This document shows positions 1 through 13,000 of a DNA stretch of 64,000 nt, piece by piece. Both the position numbers and the translations under genes were made by a program. The notes under the pieces are model-generated. The model made no database searches. It had not been told where the DNA came from and saw only the letters and a list, made by a program, of their open reading frames with translations. Position 1 is the first letter of the stretch; the number at the start of each line of letters is the position of its first letter. The DNA comes from Malacoraja senta. Its lineage: Eukaryota. The DNA is taken from positions 18,044,001 to 18,108,000 of the forward strand of contig CM075989.1 in the NCBI GenBank assembly GCA_038087875.1, written 5' to 3'.

Positions 1-171
1 GGGTTGGAGATGATATTGGTGGACTCCTTAAGGCAGCAAAGTTGTGCCATAGTTCATGTTGCCCATAGTCCAGGGAAATGGGTTCACTTCTGACCTGGGA
101 CGGTTGTCTGTGTGCAGTTAGCACATTCTCTCCATGGACACCTATGTTTCCTCCCACGTCCCAAACACTTG

Positions 172-398
172 GTGTATCGGAAGGAACTGCAGATGCTGGT
201 TTACACCGAATATGAGCACAAAAAGCTGAAGTAACTCAGCGGGTCATGCAGCACCTCTGGAGAAAAAGAATAGGTGATGTTTCGGGTCGAGGCCCTTCTT
301 CAGACAAGGGTTTGAAGAAGGGTCTTGACCCGAAACGTCACCGATTCCTTTTCTCCAGAGATGCTGCCTGACCCGCTGAGTTACTCCAGGATTTTGTG
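172..398. repeat. Palindromic Penelope-derived terminal repeat (representative of >20 copies)
   Basis: aaggaactgcagatgctgg...gtaactcagcggg...tttcgggtcgag.cccttcttcagac plus its inverted copy. Also near 7765, 8700, 13880, 14067, 17140, 25596, 27215, 40460, 40685, 41605, 50740, 52350, 55145, 55585, 58085, 62318 and 62840. Confidence 0.75.
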
Positions 399-1008
399 TG
401 AGCTTAATGTCAGGTTGGTGTCGGGTTAATTGGCGAGTAGACTTTGGCTTTCAGGCTAAGCTAATGGTGACAAGAACCAAAGGGGAGTTGATGGACCAAG
501 TGCAGTGGAACAGGAAAATAAAGAGAGGGGGGAAGGGACTGGTAGGATTGCTCTCCTGGGAGCCATCATGGTGTCGATGGGCTGAATAGCCTCCTGTGTT
601 GTAAATACAAGATTAGGGCAAAGAAGGTGACCTATCTGTAATATTTACAGTTCAGATACATAGGTTCTATTTTACTACTCCCTTTCTAGTGCTTTAACAA
701 GGAGGACTAGAGGGCATAAGTGAAGAATGGGAACAGGAGGCTGAGGGGGTGATCTTATAGAGGTGTATAAAATCATGAGGGGAATAGATGGGGTGAATGC
801 ACAGTCTTTAACCCAGGGTGGGAGAATCTGGTACCAGAGGGCATAGGTTTCAGGTGAGAGGGGAAAGATTTAATAGGAACCTGAAGGGGCATCTTTTTCA
901 CTCATAGGGTGGGGGGCATATGGAATGAGCTGCCAGAGGAGGTAGTTGAGGTGTACAATAACAGCATTTAAAACATATTGACACAGGTATATGGACAGGA
1001 AAGGTTTA

Positions 1009-1237
1009 AGGGCCTGTCCCACTTTCACGACCTAATTCACGACCTCTGCCGAGTTTACCCTTGACTCGTACTCGCAGCATGGTATTCACAAAGTCGTAGG
1101 AGGTCGTAGGTAGGTCGTGATGCTAGTAGTAGGTACTCATGGCATCAAGTAGGTCGGGGCGTTTTTTTCTAGCCTGATGAAAAATGCCCACGAGTAAAAA
1201 AGGTCGTGAATTAGGTCGTGAAAGTGGGACAGGCCCT
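1009..1237. mobile_element. PIF/Harbinger-like MITE, family A
   Basis: ~37-bp perfect TIR agggcctgtcccactttcacgacctaattcacgacct. TTA TSD at 1006-1008 and 1238-1240. Interrupts a CR1 tail. Confidence 0.8.
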
Positions 1238-1602
1238 TTAGAAGAATATGGGTCAAATGGTGGTAAGTGGAACTAGCTGAGATAGGGCATCTTGGTCTGT
1301 ATGGTTGGGTTGGGCCGAAGGGCCTGACTCTGTGTTGTATGACTCTATGAATCTGAATGCTTTTCTCCAACAAAGAATGCTTGGAATCTACATGCACTCC
1401 CTGCATGGTTGGGGTTGGGGGCATCAATGGATGCTGATTCAGTAGCAAGGGGACTGGATAAATAATTGCAGAAATAAATTGCGGGGAAATTAGGAAAAAG
1501 GAAGTAAAATGGAAGTAACGGGAATCCCCTTGGGAAGTCTGGTCCAGACTCACTGACCTTCATGCCCTGTCTATACTGGTCCATATAGTCATTCCACAGT
1601 CA

Positions 1603-1905
1603 GGGTGGCGCAGCGGTAGAGTTACTGCCTTACAGCGCCAGAGACCCAGGTTCAATTCTGACTATGGGTGCTGTCTGTATGGAGTTTGTACATTCTCCCC
1701 GTAACCTCGTGTGTTTTCTCCAGGTGCTCCGGTTTCCTCCCACACTCCAAAGATGTGCGGGCTTGTAGGTTAATTGGGCCCTGTAAATTGTAAGTTGTCC
1801 CTTGGAGGGTGTGTAGGGTAGAACTCGTGTTCGAGTGACCGTGGGTCAGTGAGGACTCGGTGGGCCGAAGGGCCTGTTTAAGCACTGTATCTCCAAAACT
1901 AAAAC
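1603..1905 (+). mobile_element. tRNA-derived HE1/V-SINE
   Basis: A-box/B-box head ggtggcgcagcggtagag...ggttcaattc, V-core ggagtttgtacattctccccgt...ggtttcctcccacactccaaag, CR1-like tail with (ctaaa)n. Confidence 0.8.
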
Positions 1906-4900
1906 TAATGTCAGCATGTGTACGAGGGCACAGCTTTGCTGCAGTGTCATAGAAAGGAGGAAAAGTATGAGATAGTTTATTGTTGAAAAGGAATAGAGAA
2001 AGAAGGTACACCTTGAGTTGTGAGGTTCTGGAAGGGGAAAAAGATTGATTGCCGCTGTCTCAGTTGTATGGATACTTAAGATTCACAGAGTGGAAGAGAG
2101 GCATTAAAAGGCAAATTTACATTCTGGGCATTACATCAGGCCTCGGATGAAAACTCATAGAGCTGATGATGAATTTGCACAAGACCAGTTAGACTCTAGT
2201 TCTGATCATCCATAGAATGAATGTTAGTGCCATAAAGGATTTGCCAGAATGATGCTGGGAACAATGGCCAATCATTATGAAGCAAGGCTGGAAAAATAAT
2301 TTTGTTCCATATTAGAGCAGAGAAGATTGAGAGGGCCTGTAATGAACCTTTCAGAGTTATGAATTGGCTCGGCGCAATGAATAAAGCAATGGGGTGAACA
2401 CAGAGAGGAAGTTTGAAACAAATTCTTTAAAAAAAAATTTAAATTGAAGGTTATTTAGTGCATGGGACATTTCCACACAAGGCCCATTCTCTGGAAAGTG
2501 AACCTGAAATGTCACACACGTGACCTGGCGTCATCACATGAGGTAATACATTAAAACATTATTGTAAGGGGTTAATCTTAATCATGGCTCGGTTTTCTTA
2601 CCGACAGAGCTATAATGCATGTCTGCTGAAGAAATGAACATTCTAGCTTTTTAAAATTCACAGAGTTTGTAAAATGCTGCCGTGTGGCGTCGCACACGTG
2701 ACCAGCCGCATTTGACCTCTGACCCTAAACAAACATTGTCGGCATAAGATATATAATTTTCACTTGATAAACGGGAAAAAGTATGAATCATATATATATA
2801 TATATATATAGTGCAAAACAATATACCTGTGATGCTTTCAGAATTAGAAGAGATGTATTCCACAATTTTTCATCTTGTTGGTCACGCACGTGACTAAGAA
2901 TGGGCCACAGTGGGCTGGATTAGAACTGGATTGGTATTTGGGTGCAGGAAGGTGTATCTGGCTGTGGAGAAAGAGTAAAGGGAGAAGGGTCATATTGGAG
3001 ATGGAATCAGGCAGGGAGTAAGGGCTGTGTGCAGTTTGGTTTTGCAAGTGAAGTTAAACCTGTAATATTAAACTAATAATAAACCTTGAAAATCAATGCT
3101 GGACATGATGCCGGCTCGGGTGAGGGCATCTGCAACCACTGATTACAGGTGTGTAGGAAGGAACTGCAGATGCTGGTTTATACCGAAGATGGACACAGCG
3201 CTTGAGCAACTCAGCGGGTCGGGCAGCATCTCTGGGGAAAAGGAACAGGTGACATTTCGGGTCGGAACCCTACTTCATAAGGTCATAAGTGATAGGGAGC
3301 AGAATTAGGCCCTTCGGCTTATCAAGTCTGCTCCGCCCTTCAATCATGGCTGATCTATCTCTCCCTCCTAACCCTATTCTCCTGCCTACTTCCCATAACC
3401 TCTGACACCTGTACTAATCAAGAATCTATCTATCTCTGCCTTAAAAGTATCCATTGACTTGGTCTCCACAGCCTTCTGTGGCAAAGAATTCCACAGGTTC
3501 ACCATCATCTACCCAGCCTCCTACCACGGTTTACAGGCAGGGATCAGGAATTTGAGGTGGAAATGAGGAGGCATTTCTTTATCCCAACCCCCTTCCCCTG
3601 GAGAAGTAAACTTTTGGAATTATCTGGCCAATTTGGAAGTTCATTTTCTGAGTATATTCAAGACCATGATAATAAGGGAATGGAAAATGATGGGGTTAGT
3701 GCAGCGAAGTGGTTCTGACTGAAAGAGCTGATTGAATGGGAGAGCAGGAGGGAGGGCCAGAATGGCCTGCGCTAGCTTATATTTCCTCTGATGTTCTGTT
3801 CTCATGTTTTACACAGTATCAATGCTCACATTAAAGATAGTACCAAAGGCGTTCAGGCCTGAAACAAATTTGTCAAAGTGTTATACAAAAGGATGCAAAA
3901 AAAAGGTTCTAACATGCATTCAGTCAGACGAAATGGATACATGGCCGGTGGGCAGATAGTCTGAATGTGATAGAGATAATTTTCTCATGAAGATACTGGC
4001 TGAACATACCGGATCCACAAAATGAATTGTCTATTGATTTCAGCTTCCTTCACTGAGTAATGTTATTTTGTATAATGTGAAAATGATGCATGAGAACCAG
4101 CCTTTGAATTCTCACTGAGGAGCAACCGTTGCTTTCAATTCAGGCAAGATCTCGCTGTTTTAATTCTTGCTTTATAATTGTGAAACGAGTCTTTTTATAA
4201 CTTTGCGGCATGGCGGCGCAGCGGTAGAGTTGCTGCCTTACGGCGATTGAAGAGCTGGAGACCTGGGTTCGATCCCGGCTACGGGTGCCGCCTGTACGGA
4301 GTTTATGACGTTCTCCCCGTGACCGCGTGGGTTTTCTCTGAGATCTTCGGTTTCCTCCTACACTCTAAAGACATACATCTTGGTATAAATGTAAATTGTC
4401 CCTAGTATGTTGGATAGCGTTAATGTGCGGGGATCGCTGGTCAGTGCCGACTCGGTGGGCTGCAGGGCCTGTTTCCGCGCTGTATCTCTAAAGTAAAGTA
4501 CAGAAGACGACCAAGGGCAAAGCATATTAGCTGGAAAAAATATAAATATCTTTGCACCTAATCAATCTGATAATGATTCAATAAGGTAATATTTTACTTC
4601 AATTTAGGTTTAGGTTTATTATTGTCACGTGTACTGAGGTACAGTGAAATGGGTTGTTCTGCTTTCTGGCCAAACAGTTCAGATATGCCACACGTAAATA
4701 CAATCAAGTCAAACAATTAGAGTATTGGGGAAGATGCAGAGGGCAGAATATAGTTCTCAGCATTGTAGCACACCAGTTCCATCTACAAAGTCCAAGTTCA
4801 CAATGGGGTAGAGGTGAATCGGGCAGTACCCTAGTTCATGGAAGGACCATTCAGGAGCCTGATGACAGAGGGGAAGAAGCTGTTTCTGAGTCTGGTGGTG

Positions 4901-7900
4901 CACACTTTCAAGCTTCTGTATCTTCTGCCGAACAGGAACAGGGAGAAGTAGGAATGACCAGGGTGGGGAAATGATTTTTGATTATGCCGACTGCTTTTGT
5001 GAGGCCATGTGAAGTGTAGACGGAGTCAATGTTGGGAAGGCTGTGTGATGGACCTGGGCTACTGGGCAACTCTCTGCAATTTCTTGTGGTCTTCGGCAGA
5101 GCTATTCCAAAACCAAACTGTGATGCAAGCTGACAGTTTGCTTATCATAGTGCATCTGCAGAAGTTTATAAGATTCAAGACCCTCCTTCAGATCAGTCTG
5201 AGGAAGGGTCTCGACCCGAAACATCACCTGTTCCTTTTCTTCAGAAAAGCTGCCTGATCCGCTGAGCTACTCCAGTATTTTGTGTCTATCTTCAGTGTAG
5301 TCCAGCATCTGCAGTTCCTTCCTACACACTACAATGAGAAACTGCCTGTAACTCCTTCCATCAGTACATGTGCAGTTAGAGGCAGATATCCACATTGGCA
5401 TCGGACCTTGCTCAGCCAGTCTGCTCTCCTTGCTCCAGCAATGATTTGATGTGAAACTGACCCTTGTCTGAATTATTCTAACTGTACTGGCCACAAAGTG
5501 TAAAGTCATGTTGAGCGACTGACATCAGAGTATCAAGACCAAGCTGGCTGGAAAGAGTGCAGAGAAGATTTACCAGGATGTTGCCAGGACTCGAGGGCCT
5601 GAGCTATAGGGAGAAGTTGGGCAGGCAGTGACTTTATTCCTTGGAGCGTAGGAGGCTGAGGGGTGATCTTATAGATATGTTTAAAATCATGAAGGGGGAC
5701 ATATAGGGTGATTCACAGAGTCTTTTTCCCAGGGTAGGGAAATCAAGAATCAAAGGACATAGTTTTAAGGTGAAAGGAGAAAGATTTACTAGGAACCTGA
5801 GGAGCAACTTTTTCACGCAGTAGGTGGTGGGCATGTAGAACGAGCTGCCTGAGGATGTAGATGAGGCGTGCACAATTTAAACGTTATTTGGACAAGTGCA
5901 TGGTTAGGAAAAGTTTACAGGGATATTGGCCAAATGTGGGCAAGTGGGACTAGTTTGGAATGGGCCTCTTGGTCAATATGGACAAATTTGGCTGAAGGTC
6001 CTGTTTCTGTGACGTATGACTCTAGGATTCTCGGTCTGTCACTTGTAGCTGTAATACTGTGAAGTCGTTGATGCGGTCCTTGTAGTGAGATAAGATGTGT
6101 GGAGAATTTGGAATCGAGAACCTGAGGGCATAGGTTTAAGTTGAGGGGGAAAGATTTAATAGGAACCTGAGGGGTAACTTTTTCACACAAAGGGTGGTGG
6201 GTGTATGGAACAAGCTGCCAGAGGAGGTAGTCGAGGCAGGGACTATTGCAACGTTTAAGAAATATTTGGACAGGTACATGAATAGGATGGGTTTAGAGGG
6301 ATATGGGCCAAAACACCGACAGGTGGTACTAATGTAGATGGGACATGTTGGCCAGTGTGGGCAAGTTCGACTGAAAGGCCTGTTTCCTCGCTGTATGACT
6401 CTGTGACTCTAATTATGGAAGTTTCCACTGTGTCATTAGATGAAGAGAAACTGCATTCGAACCTGAGGCCAGATTCAGTTGGTTCTGCCTGGCTCGCTTA
6501 ATCAGCTAGAATTTCCCCTTAATTAACCATCGGATTTTTGCACGTGCTATAATGAGCATTGTAAGATTACGCTGCAGAGTCAGCATAATTAAACTTAAAG
6601 GCTGCTGAATTTCATTGAACCTAAAGTTGTCTCGGTTTGTGATGCTGCACCCACGTTCTCTGCTCCGCTACTTCCACCGTCTCCACAGTCGGAGGCTGGG
6701 CCTACGCACAGCCCCAGAGGTCCCATCCTGGACCACTGCAAGGAGCTGAGCGCCGCTTCCCTTCCATTCCACTTCAATGTAGAAGAAAAACCCAGTGGAA
6801 ACTGAGACGCTTGCAAACCTCACCAGTTCTGTCAAAACATCATCAATCAAAAGCGTGAAACCATTCTGCATTTAGCAGATGCTGGCGATTTTCCAGCTGA
6901 TCGTTCATAAGTTCTTGGAGCAGAGTTAGGCCATTCGGCCGATCACGTCTACACTTTCATTCAATCATGGCTGATCTATTTTTCAATCTCAATCCCATTC
7001 TCATCCCCAGTCTTGGTCAATACACCCTTGGTCAATACACCCAGGTCTCTGGCACTGTAAGGCAGCAACTCTAACGCTGTGCCACCATGCCATCCTAAAG
7101 GTCTCCAAGCACAATACACATAGATAGCCCATGGATTTGGAAGGATTCCCTGACATCTGGTTCTACATTTCCATATGCGTTTCTGGTTTCAGATGGGCCT
7201 TCTCCCCATAACCCCTGACACCTAGTTTGTATGCTCATATGGTGCAGAAACAGGTCTTTCGGCCCATCTCATCCCTGCTGCAAAAGATGCCTGTCTAAGC
7301 AAGTCCCATCGTTTGCATTTGACCCATATATCCTTCCAAACCTTCCTATTCATAGGCAGGTGGAATCTGAAATATTAAATGAAAATTAATGGTATGATAA
7401 TGGTTGTCAGTTTTCAGATATTTAAGGAAATGTAAAGAAGTCTTTTAGGGCCAGACTAGTGTTTAGATAATAATTGTGAATTATTCAACAAGGTACTATG
7501 TTTCATGTTATTTCCAAGTGTTTAGTTTGTAAAAGTTTAAATGTTCAAACTCACTGATTTCAACCAATGTACCAGAGGTAAGTATTGTTGTCAAGAGGGT
7601 TTAATTGTCAGATGTACCGAAAAGTGAACAATGCAATTCTTGCCAACAATTATTTGCCAGGCTTCAAGGTCCTGTTAGCCAAATCTATCTCGCAGAGCTG
7701 TCAGAGTAATAACACTGAACGTCTGATTAACTTTCAAGAGAAGGAGCCAATGGAGTATTAATTGTGTAGAAAGGAACTGCAGATGCTGGTTTAAACCGAA
7801 GATAAGACAGAAGGAATGGGTGACGTTTCGAGTCGAGACTCTTCTTCAGACTGAAGAAGTCTCGACCCACAACGTCACCCATTCCTTCTCTCCAGAGATG

Positions 7901-9233
7901 CTGCCTGTCCTGCTGAGTTACTTCAGCATTTTGTGTCTATTTTTGGAGTATTACTTGAAGGGTTGCCACTGGAACTGAGTAGCATGAAATAGTTGGACTA
8001 CATGACATTACACTGATAGGAAGTTAAGATACTGGGGGCACAAGGCGGATGGCAATTAACTTGAAAGCATTACTGTGTGATGTGCACTGGCTCTGTTCTA
8101 TCATCTGCTCGGTGACTTTCATGCTTAAATAATTTGTGGGGAAGTGCTAAGTGGGTGTGAGTCTGAAAGGTCGAATCTCAAGAAAATTTATTCTGATTTC
8201 ATTAACACATTTAACGTGCAGAAACGCTGTTTATCCCTTTCCGTATTCTGCTCTATCCAAGGACAAATGGACACTAAGCCACCAACTAGAGAGAGCTAGA
8301 GAGGTGATCTGGTTTCCTTCCACACTCCAAACACGTACAGATTTGCAGGCTAATTGGCTTCTGTTAGGGCGGAACAGTGGCGCAGCGGTAAGTTGCTGCC
8401 TTACGGTACCAGAAACCCGGGCTCAATCCTGACTATGGGTGTTGTATGTACAGGGTTTGTACGTTCTCCCTGTGACCGCGTGGGTTTTCTCTGGGTGCTC
8501 CGGTTTCCTCCCACACTCCAAGGACCTACAGGTTTGTAGATTAATTGGTTCTGTAAAATTGTAAATTGCCCCTAATGTATCGTGGGATAGTGCTAGTGTA
8601 CGGGGTGATCGCTGTTGGGCCAAAGGGCCTGTTTCCGCGCTCTCTCTCTCTCTCTAAATTCTAAAGTAATGTCTAAAAAGCAATTAGGGGCAAGGGATGT
8701 GTAGGAAGGAACTGCAGATGCTGGTTTAAACTGAAAATAGACACATAAAGCTGGAGTAACTCAGCGGGTCAGGCAGCATCTCTGGAGCAACTCCAGAGAT
8801 TCAGTCTGACCCGCTGAGTTACTCCAGTTTTTTTGTGTCTTAACGAGGGACAAGAGATTACTGACTGAAAAACTCAGCCACTGAAAGAGGTGAACTCTTG
8901 CACAACTTCTCATTTCATCCTCTGGAGGATCTGACGGGTATGGTATGACGTGAGGTGGGATTGACAAACAGAAAGAAAAATCCTTCCTTCGCACGTATTG
9001 ACCAGCTGGGGGCTTCTGACTTTCTACAAATCTTGGCTTGAAGCAATATCTCCATTACTTTAAACACAAGCATGGTTCAAGAAGTGATATTGCTCTACAG
9101 CATCAAATGCTTTCCATTTTTAATGACTTAAACAGCAACAGAGAAAGAATCAACACTAACAATGTTGTAGCAAATGGATGGGTTTCTCTGCACTGACAAT
9201 GCAATTGAATGTCGGGAACAGCATTAAAGTTCA

Positions 9234-9545
9234 ACAGCACGGTGGCGCAGCGGTAGATTTGCTGCCTTACAGCGAATGCAGCGCCGGAGACCCAGGTTCC
9301 ATCCTGATTACGGGTGCTGTCTGTACGGAGTTTGTACGTTCTCCCCGTGACCTGCGTGGGTTTTCTCCGAGATCTTTGGTTTCCTCCCACACATAAAGAT
9401 GTACAGGATGTGTAGGTTAATTGGCTTGGTAAATGTAAAAATTGTCCATAGTGGGTATAGGATGGTGTTAATGTGTGGGGATCGCTGGTCGGCGCGGACC
9501 CGGTGGAACGAAAGGGCCTGTTTCCGCGCTGTATCACTAAAGTAA
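9234..9545 (+). mobile_element. HE1/V-SINE
   Basis: Same structure as 1603-1905. Other plus-strand copies at ~4205-4500, 8367-8660, 23944-24232, 30971-31275 and 61088-61350. Confidence 0.8.
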
Positions 9546-9693
9546 AAAAAATAAAATAAACATAGGATACTAGATGATTTTAAACGGAGCATTTTTTTTT
9601 GCTCATTTGCTCATCAAAGGCACGGATGGGGTAGACAGTCAGATCCTTTTTCCCCCCGGGGAAAGTATCAGATACTGGAGTGCATTAGCTTTA

Positions 9694-10012
9694 AGGGGCT
9701 GTCCCACTGTACGAGCTAATTCAAGAGTTCTCCCCCTGAGTTTCCCCTGATTCTAACTTGGAGAATTACGGTAATAGCCGCTCGTAGGTACTCGGGGCTC
9801 TCGTGGACATTTTTCAACATGTTGAAAAATCTTCACGAGTCTTCCAGAGCTTACCGCGTTTCCCGAGTACCTGCCGTTAGCGTTACGAGCCGCTAAGAGA
9901 CGTGCCGAGCTCCGACGTACCAGCTACGTACATTCTAGGTGCTTACCACGAGTTTGATTTTTTTTTAACTCGGGAGAGCACTTGAATTAGCTCGTACAGT
10001 GGGACAGCCCCT
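9694..10012. mobile_element. PIF/Harbinger-like MITE, family B
   Basis: TIR aggggctgtcccactgtacgagctaattcaag, TTA TSD, inserted in a CR1 tail. Confidence 0.8.
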
Positions 10013-13000
10013 TTAAGGTGAGAGAAGCAAAGTTTAAAGGAGATATGCAGGGCAGGTTTTTATACACTGGGTGCCTTGAACATGCTGCCTTGGGCATTGG
10101 TGGAGGTAGATGCAATTGTGGCATTTAAGAGGCTGTTGGATAGGCAGATGGATATGCAGGGAATGGAGGGATGGATTATGTGCAGGTAGATAAGAGATGG
10201 TCTTGGCACAGGCATTGTGGGCCAAAGGGCCTGTACTGTTCTATGTACCTATATTTTACTTGCTTTTAGTGCGGACTTTGTTTGGTGGGACCGCTATGCT
10301 GCTGGTGACGTCCCTTATGTAATGCTGACACTTGCACCCTAGTGAAGGGCATGGATGTGCACATTCCCTCCCCTCGTATGGGGCATGAGTTCAGCGGAGG
10401 GTTCTCCACATCGGTCCAGTTGCCCCATCGAGTGAGCATAGTGGGGGGAGGTCAAGGACCACTTCCCGCATCTCCACTGAGCCATTGGTGGGTGACGGCG
10501 ATCGCTGGGCAGAAGGCAGAGTCCTCGTCTGGGCCAGTAATCTGGGAATAGGACATCGTGCCTCTTGTGCACGATGTGGGGAGCCCACAAGCGGACCTAA
10601 GGGAGAGTGTGTGAAGTGAAACGGTCCTCGAGGTGGAGCAGGCCCAGCGCGGGCAGCAGGTAGTTCAGCAACCAAGGAGCAGTGCTGAACTACCATCTAC
10701 CTCACCTCAGACTATCCTTGATCAGACTTTGCTGGCTTAACCTTGCACCAAACATTGTTCCCTTCTCATGTATCTCTACACTGTAAATGGCTCGATTGTA
10801 TTCTGCTGACTAGACAGCACACAACAAAAGCTACTGTACCTGCTACTGTACTGCACATGACAATGAACTAAACTGAACGGGCGCAGAACCCAGTTAAAGA
10901 TGCCGCGAGGAATCCTGTGCTTGTGGCAGCAACTGTGTGTTACAGCCATTACCACTGTTATTTGCTGTCTGTGACCCATGGTGCTTGTACTAAATATTCA
11001 TGGAAGGATTCCGAAGTTGTGTGTGTCTAATCGGTCATGTTTCCATGTTGTCCACCTACTCAGCACAATGCAAGCCTCCTGCTGCCAGAGTTCACGATCG
11101 TTAACGTGGGTGGGTCAGCGCTACCCCCCCCCCCCCTCAGCATTGTTCACCTGGCAAATGTTTTAAATGTCAGGCTAATTGTGCGATGTGTCAAGACATG
11201 CTTCCTGGGAACCAGGAGCTGAAGCAGCATTCTTCAGTAAACAATGCTGGAAGTTAGCACTGGCGAATGTAACATAGTGTGTCTTATAGTAGGACTTTGT
11301 GGTGTCGGGATGAGAGAGCCTGGTTTCTCCATATCCCATTGCTCCATTCCCATGACTGCTTACTATTCTACGAGGGAAGAACAAAAGGGCTTCTGGCATC
11401 GTTGCTGCTTTTGATTTGTCCTTTTGCATACCTTTCATTCACGTGTTCTCTGTACCTCTTCATATCTCTACTTTCCCTCTCCCCTGACTCTCTGTCTGAA
11501 GAAGGGCCTCGACCCGAGACGTCACCTATTCCTTTTCTCCAGAGACGCTGAGTTACTCAAGTATTGTGTGCCTGTCTCCAGTGGAAACCAGCATCTGCAG
11601 TTCCTTCCCACACGCTCTCTTGCCTCCGTGGCAACTTGGAGAGTTGGCAGTTCTCTCCCTTCATCTTCTCTCCAAGTTGTGTACTGCAGGGATTTTGCCT
11701 AGTTGTGGTTGGCAGCTGAGATGCAGTAAAACATAACCCTGAATGCGATCTGGTTTCTACGGATGATCTGTACGAAAGCCTTTCATGATTAAATCCCCTT
11801 CGCGTATCAAGAACTCCCTTTAATGGGTTAAGACAAGAAAGTTTACAACTCCAGTTATCTACTTGTGCAGTAAGAATATTATTATATATGTTTTAATGTT
11901 TACACTTCAATAATAGACTGAACCGTCTCTCGAGTTGTCTTTGCAAGGAAAAACATCCTTACATGGGTGAAATCTGGCAGCATTCGAAAGCTGCAGTAAA
12001 CACTGAATTACTTTGACATCAATAATTAATAAAAAGCTATAATTTAAGACCTTGTAGGCTGAATTATGAGCCACGTTATAGTCAGAGTCTTACAGCGTGG
12101 TAATAGGCCCTTCAACCTAACTTTTCCCCTCTACACTAGTCCAATCTGCACTAGTCCCACCTGACTGTGTATGGCCCGTATCCCTCTAAACCTGTCCCAT
12201 CCATGTACCTGCCTAAATGTTTCTTAAATGTTGCGATAGTGCTTGCCTCTACTACCTCCTCTGGCAGCACCGTCCATGCACCTAACCCCCCCCCCCCCCC
12301 CATTGTATGGAAAACGTTACCCCTTAGATTCCTATTAAACTATTCCCCCTCTCACCTTAAACCTATGTCCCCTGGTTCTCAATTCCCCTACTCTGGGCGA
12401 GAGACTCTGTGCGTCTACCCGATCTATTCCTCTCATGATCTTGTATACAGTGGAACACACCAGAGAGCCAAACGCCTGTACATTGTGCTGACTCCAGTTC
12501 TGGCCCACGTGTGTGAGGACACGGCAGCAGATTCCAAGCCAAGCATCGGTCTGCTGCGGACAACCCAGCTTGTTTCAATGAGCTTAAGATACACAAATGA
12601 TACTTTATATGGACCTCTCTGGGCCGATGCCATCTGTGTGCTGGATGAAAGAGCCACGTTCAATATAGGCAGTGTTTTAACATTTTTGACTTTTGTTAAG
12701 TAATTGTTGGACGAGCCCCAAAGGTCTCCAGCAGGCCCCTTAACATAAAATCCTGCAGGATGATTTAAGTTTGGAACATTTTGTGGCACGTGTGATTCTT
12801 TGGGCAATACAATTTCTGTAGAAGGTTAGTGAAAAATCTGATGCTTTTTGGTGGATGAATCATGCAGACTAAAACCTCCACACCTACCAACTCAATTAAA
12901 ACAGAAGCTCACAGTATTGTTATTCAAGGCAACATACCTCCTCAGCCGCAATGTAATAATATATCTCAATGTTGCACCACACCGTCTTGGTACCAAGTAC

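Noticed and set aside
1603..1670. tRNA genes
   Set aside because: These are tRNA-derived SINE heads that continue into the V-core and LINE tail, with no complete cloverleaf.
10515..10545. Possible third HDV-like ribozyme around gtcctcgt
   Set aside because: An L3-like heptamer is present, but no consistent P1, P2 or P3 pairing, TSD or tail.
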